Part shown: piece by piece, positions 25,489 to 27,517 of the stretch | How positions within the stretch are numbered: position 1 is the first letter of the stretch | Layout: the number at the start of each line of letters is the position of its first letter | DNA from: a virus | Taxonomy: Duplodnaviria; Caudoviricetes | IMG/VR virus record: IMGVR_UViG_3300031788_000087 | Coordinates: 1 to 27,517 of that record | Strand: one strand, 5' to 3' | DNA: 27,517 nt | Made by a program: the position numbers and the translations under genes | Notes under the pieces: model-generated | Database searches by the model: none | Told to the model about the DNA's origin: nothing | What the model saw: only the letters and a program-made list of their open reading frames with translations

Positions 25489-27517
25489 TTCATCTTGGGC
25501 AACGGTTAATGTTGTTCGATACCCTTCTGGAACACCTGTGTCTGTTTGCCAACCATCCGACACTAATTCTAATTGCGGTGGAGGAGGATCATCTCAGTGG
25601 ACAACTGCAGGTAGCAATATATATTATAACACTGGTAATGTTGGCATAGGCTCAATAAATCCAGGGCAAAAACTCGACGTTACTGGCACGGTGCGCGCGA
25701 CGGCGTTTATTGGGAACGGATCAGGTTTAACGGGTATTGCTTCGGGTGGAACTATTGGAGGATCAATAGATTCAGAACAAGTGGCATTTGGATCAGGAAC
25801 AAATACGGTAGAAGGTTCTCCTAATTTTACTTATGATGCTTATTCAAATTTAACTCAAAGCGGAGGGTATTCAGCTTTTGGTGAAATTGACGCAGGTTTT
25901 TCAGGGGCATTAGGATCTCCTGGAAATGCTAACGCCGTAATAAATGCTAATGGTCAAATGTATTCCACTGGTTTAGGCATTAATAATTCGAATACTATTT
26001 TTCCTTTAGATATAGGCACAGATTTAACAACTGGAAATATAATATTTGACACATCAAACGCTTTCTTTGGAGTTTATAATAATAGTGTTTATTATGGGAT
26101 ATCTGCTGGTTGTCCAGGCCCTACGAATGAGAATGGAGTCCCTACAGCATCAGCTTGCGGGTTCTTTTCAGGATTAGGAATATTCGGATCAACTAATAAC
26201 GCAAGTAAGCCTTTATTTGCCGTTGGAAGTTCTTCAAACATAGATCCTGTTACGGTTTGGGATACGGATCAAGTTTTAATAGGAAACCCGAACAGTGGCC
26301 CATTAAAACCACACACCGGAAATGTTTTTGTAGTTAACGGAAACCAAGAGGTTGGATATGATTATTATATCAATAGTACCTATGTCGCTCCTACAAATGG
26401 CATGATTATTGAAGGTAATGTAGGCATAGGATCTGCGTCTCCTGGACAGAAATTGGATGTTGTTGGGAATGTTAGGGCGACATCATTTATTGGTAATGGG
26501 GCAAATTTGACTGGTCTACCTGTCACATCATCTCAATGGACGACCACCAACACCAACGACGTCTATCTGCCTAACAGCGGCAATGTCGGAATTGGTACGA
26601 CGATCACCAACGCAGGAGCGGCACTCTCCGTCATGAACGGCAACGTGGGAATTGGCACTTGGGTGCCGGTTAATGCTTTAGATGTTAATGGAGGAGGGGC
26701 GTTTGGGACTTATGCAGGTCAGAAAATAGAAGGGAGCGGTAATGTTGGGATATCTGGCAATGTAGGCATTGGCACTTGGAATCCAGTTGCTAAATTAGAA
26801 GTATGGGGACAAATTAATTCAACTGATAATGCAACTAATTCGGGCGGCCGAATAGGTTTTTATCCTGTTACGAATTATACAACATCTGCATTAAGTGCAA
26901 ACCAGAATGAAATTAATTCGCAGTTTCGTATGAATATTAATCAAACTGATACTGGCACGGCACTGGGTTCTGCTCAAGGTTTATCAATGATTGCAGACGA
27001 TACAGGAGCGGGAACAGGAGCCATAACAAATTTAGATGGAGGAACATTTTACGTACGCATTAATGGTGGAGCATCCGCTGTGACAAGTGCCTATGCTTTA
27101 AATGCAACTGTAACTATAGCCAGTGGAACCGGTACAATTGGAACTGGCTATGGCGTGTATGTTAATCCAATATTAATGTCTGGAATTACAAAAGCGTATG
27201 ATTTTTATGGAGCTGGGGCAAGTGATTTAAATTATTTTGCAGGCAATGTTGGTATTGGCTCTTTAGCTCCAGGTCAAAAGCTCGACGTCATCGGCACCGT
27301 GCGGGCGACGGCGTTTATTGGTAATGGATCGGGATTGACAGGACTATCATCTTCTTCTCAATTATGGGTCACGGGTAATGTAGGCATTAACACCACAAAT
27401 AATGTTGGGATTGGTTCAACAAATCCAGGTCAATTATTAGATGTGAACGGTACAGTAAGAATAAGTAAATTAGGATCTACTTTAGCTATTGCCAGTGGAA
27501 CAAATGGTTGTATGGGA
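25385..27517 (+). CDS. GNVGIG-repeat tail fibre/adhesin-like protein with N-terminal signal-like segment; 3'-truncated, absent from ORF track
   Basis: Manual translation shows no stop from ATG 25385 (alternatives ATG 25391, TTG 25430) to the window end; ...LRVGLLWTIFSILFLSSSWA|TVNVV...SSQWTTAGSNIYYNTGNVGIG; many GNVGIG units. Confidence 0.85.
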   Translation, partial: MLMAQAHIEQVGFWQLPQALRVGLLWTIFSILFLSSSWATVNVVRYPSGTPVSVCQPSDTNSNCGGGGSSQWTTAGSNIYYNTGNVGIGSINPGQKLDVTGTVRATAFIGNGSGLTGIASGGTIGGSIDSEQVAFGSGTNTVEGSPNFTYDAYSNLTQSGGYSAFGEIDAGFSGALGSPGNANAVINANGQMYSTGLGINNSNTIFPLDIGTDLTTGNIIFDTSNAFFGVYNNSVYYGISAGCPGPTNENGVPTASACGFFSGLGIFGSTNNASKPLFAVGSSSNIDPVTVWDTDQVLIGNPNSGPLKPHTGNVFVVNGNQEVGYDYYINSTYVAPTNGMIIEGNVGIGSASPGQKLDVVGNVRATSFIGNGANLTGLPVTSSQWTTTNTNDVYLPNSGNVGIGTTITNAGAALSVMNGNVGIGTWVPVNALDVNGGGAFGTYAGQKIEGSGNVGISGNVGIGTWNPVAKLEVWGQINSTDNATNSGGRIGFYPVTNYTTSALSANQNEINSQFRMNINQTDTGTALGSAQGLSMIADDTGAGTGAITNLDGGTFYVRINGGASAVTSAYALNATVTIASGTGTIGTGYGVYVNPILMSGITKAYDFYGAGASDLNYFAGNVGIGSLAPGQKLDVIGTVRATAFIGNGSGLTGLSSSSQLWVTGNVGINTTNNVGIGSTNPGQLLDVNGTVRISKLGSTLAIASGTNGCMG
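25634..27343 (+). repeat. Three dispersed 34-aa repeat modules in the fibre (GNVGIGSxxPGQKLDVxGxVRATxFIGNGxxLTG)
   Basis: Copies at 25634-25735, 26414-26515 and 27242-27343; partial fourth copy near 27401-27463. Confidence 0.9.

Larger units (their letters stand above)
1..27517 (+). mobile_element. Bacteriophage (podovirus-like) head, tail and ejectosome gene module; prophage or free phage cannot be determined
   Basis: Co-oriented, tightly packed genes in terminase-portal-scaffold-capsid-adaptor-nozzle-internal protein-fibre order; no integrase or host housekeeping genes in the window. Confidence 0.95.

Noticed and set aside
26537-26668. AAC-rich stretch as a diversity-generating retroelement template repeat
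   Set aside because: It is in-frame coding sequence, no second copy differing only at adenines was found, and no reverse transcriptase is in the window.

Overview
The window is a near-continuous + strand virion morphogenesis module of a tailed podovirus-type phage (T7/Bbp-like architecture), truncated at both ends. Gene order: terminase large subunit (3' part), GNAT, portal, a block of small accessory genes, scaffold, major capsid, decoration protein, tail adaptor (tubular A), tail nozzle (tubular B/gp10-like, split into two genes), three internal/ejection proteins (the largest with an ART-PolyVal-like ADP-ribosyltransferase module), a HExxE protein, a PurD-like ATP-grasp enzyme, coiled-coil proteins and a GNVGIG-repeat tail fibre running off the end. 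The most unusual feature is that five virion-type proteins (8883, 13223, 14052, 23940 and the unannotated fibre from about 25385) start with Sec-type signal peptides, four of them with closely spaced Cys pairs. An O-antigen ligase/O-oligosaccharyltransferase-like membrane protein sits in the same late operon. This suggests (inference) that virion appendages are exported, disulfide-folded and possibly glycosylated outside the cytoplasm. Also noted: a structured capsid leader with a duplicated internal-loop motif, a leaderless antisense membrane micro-protein with its own sigma70-type promoter, and a codon-shifted patch in the fibre. Family assignments come from motif recognition and gene order only; no database search was run.
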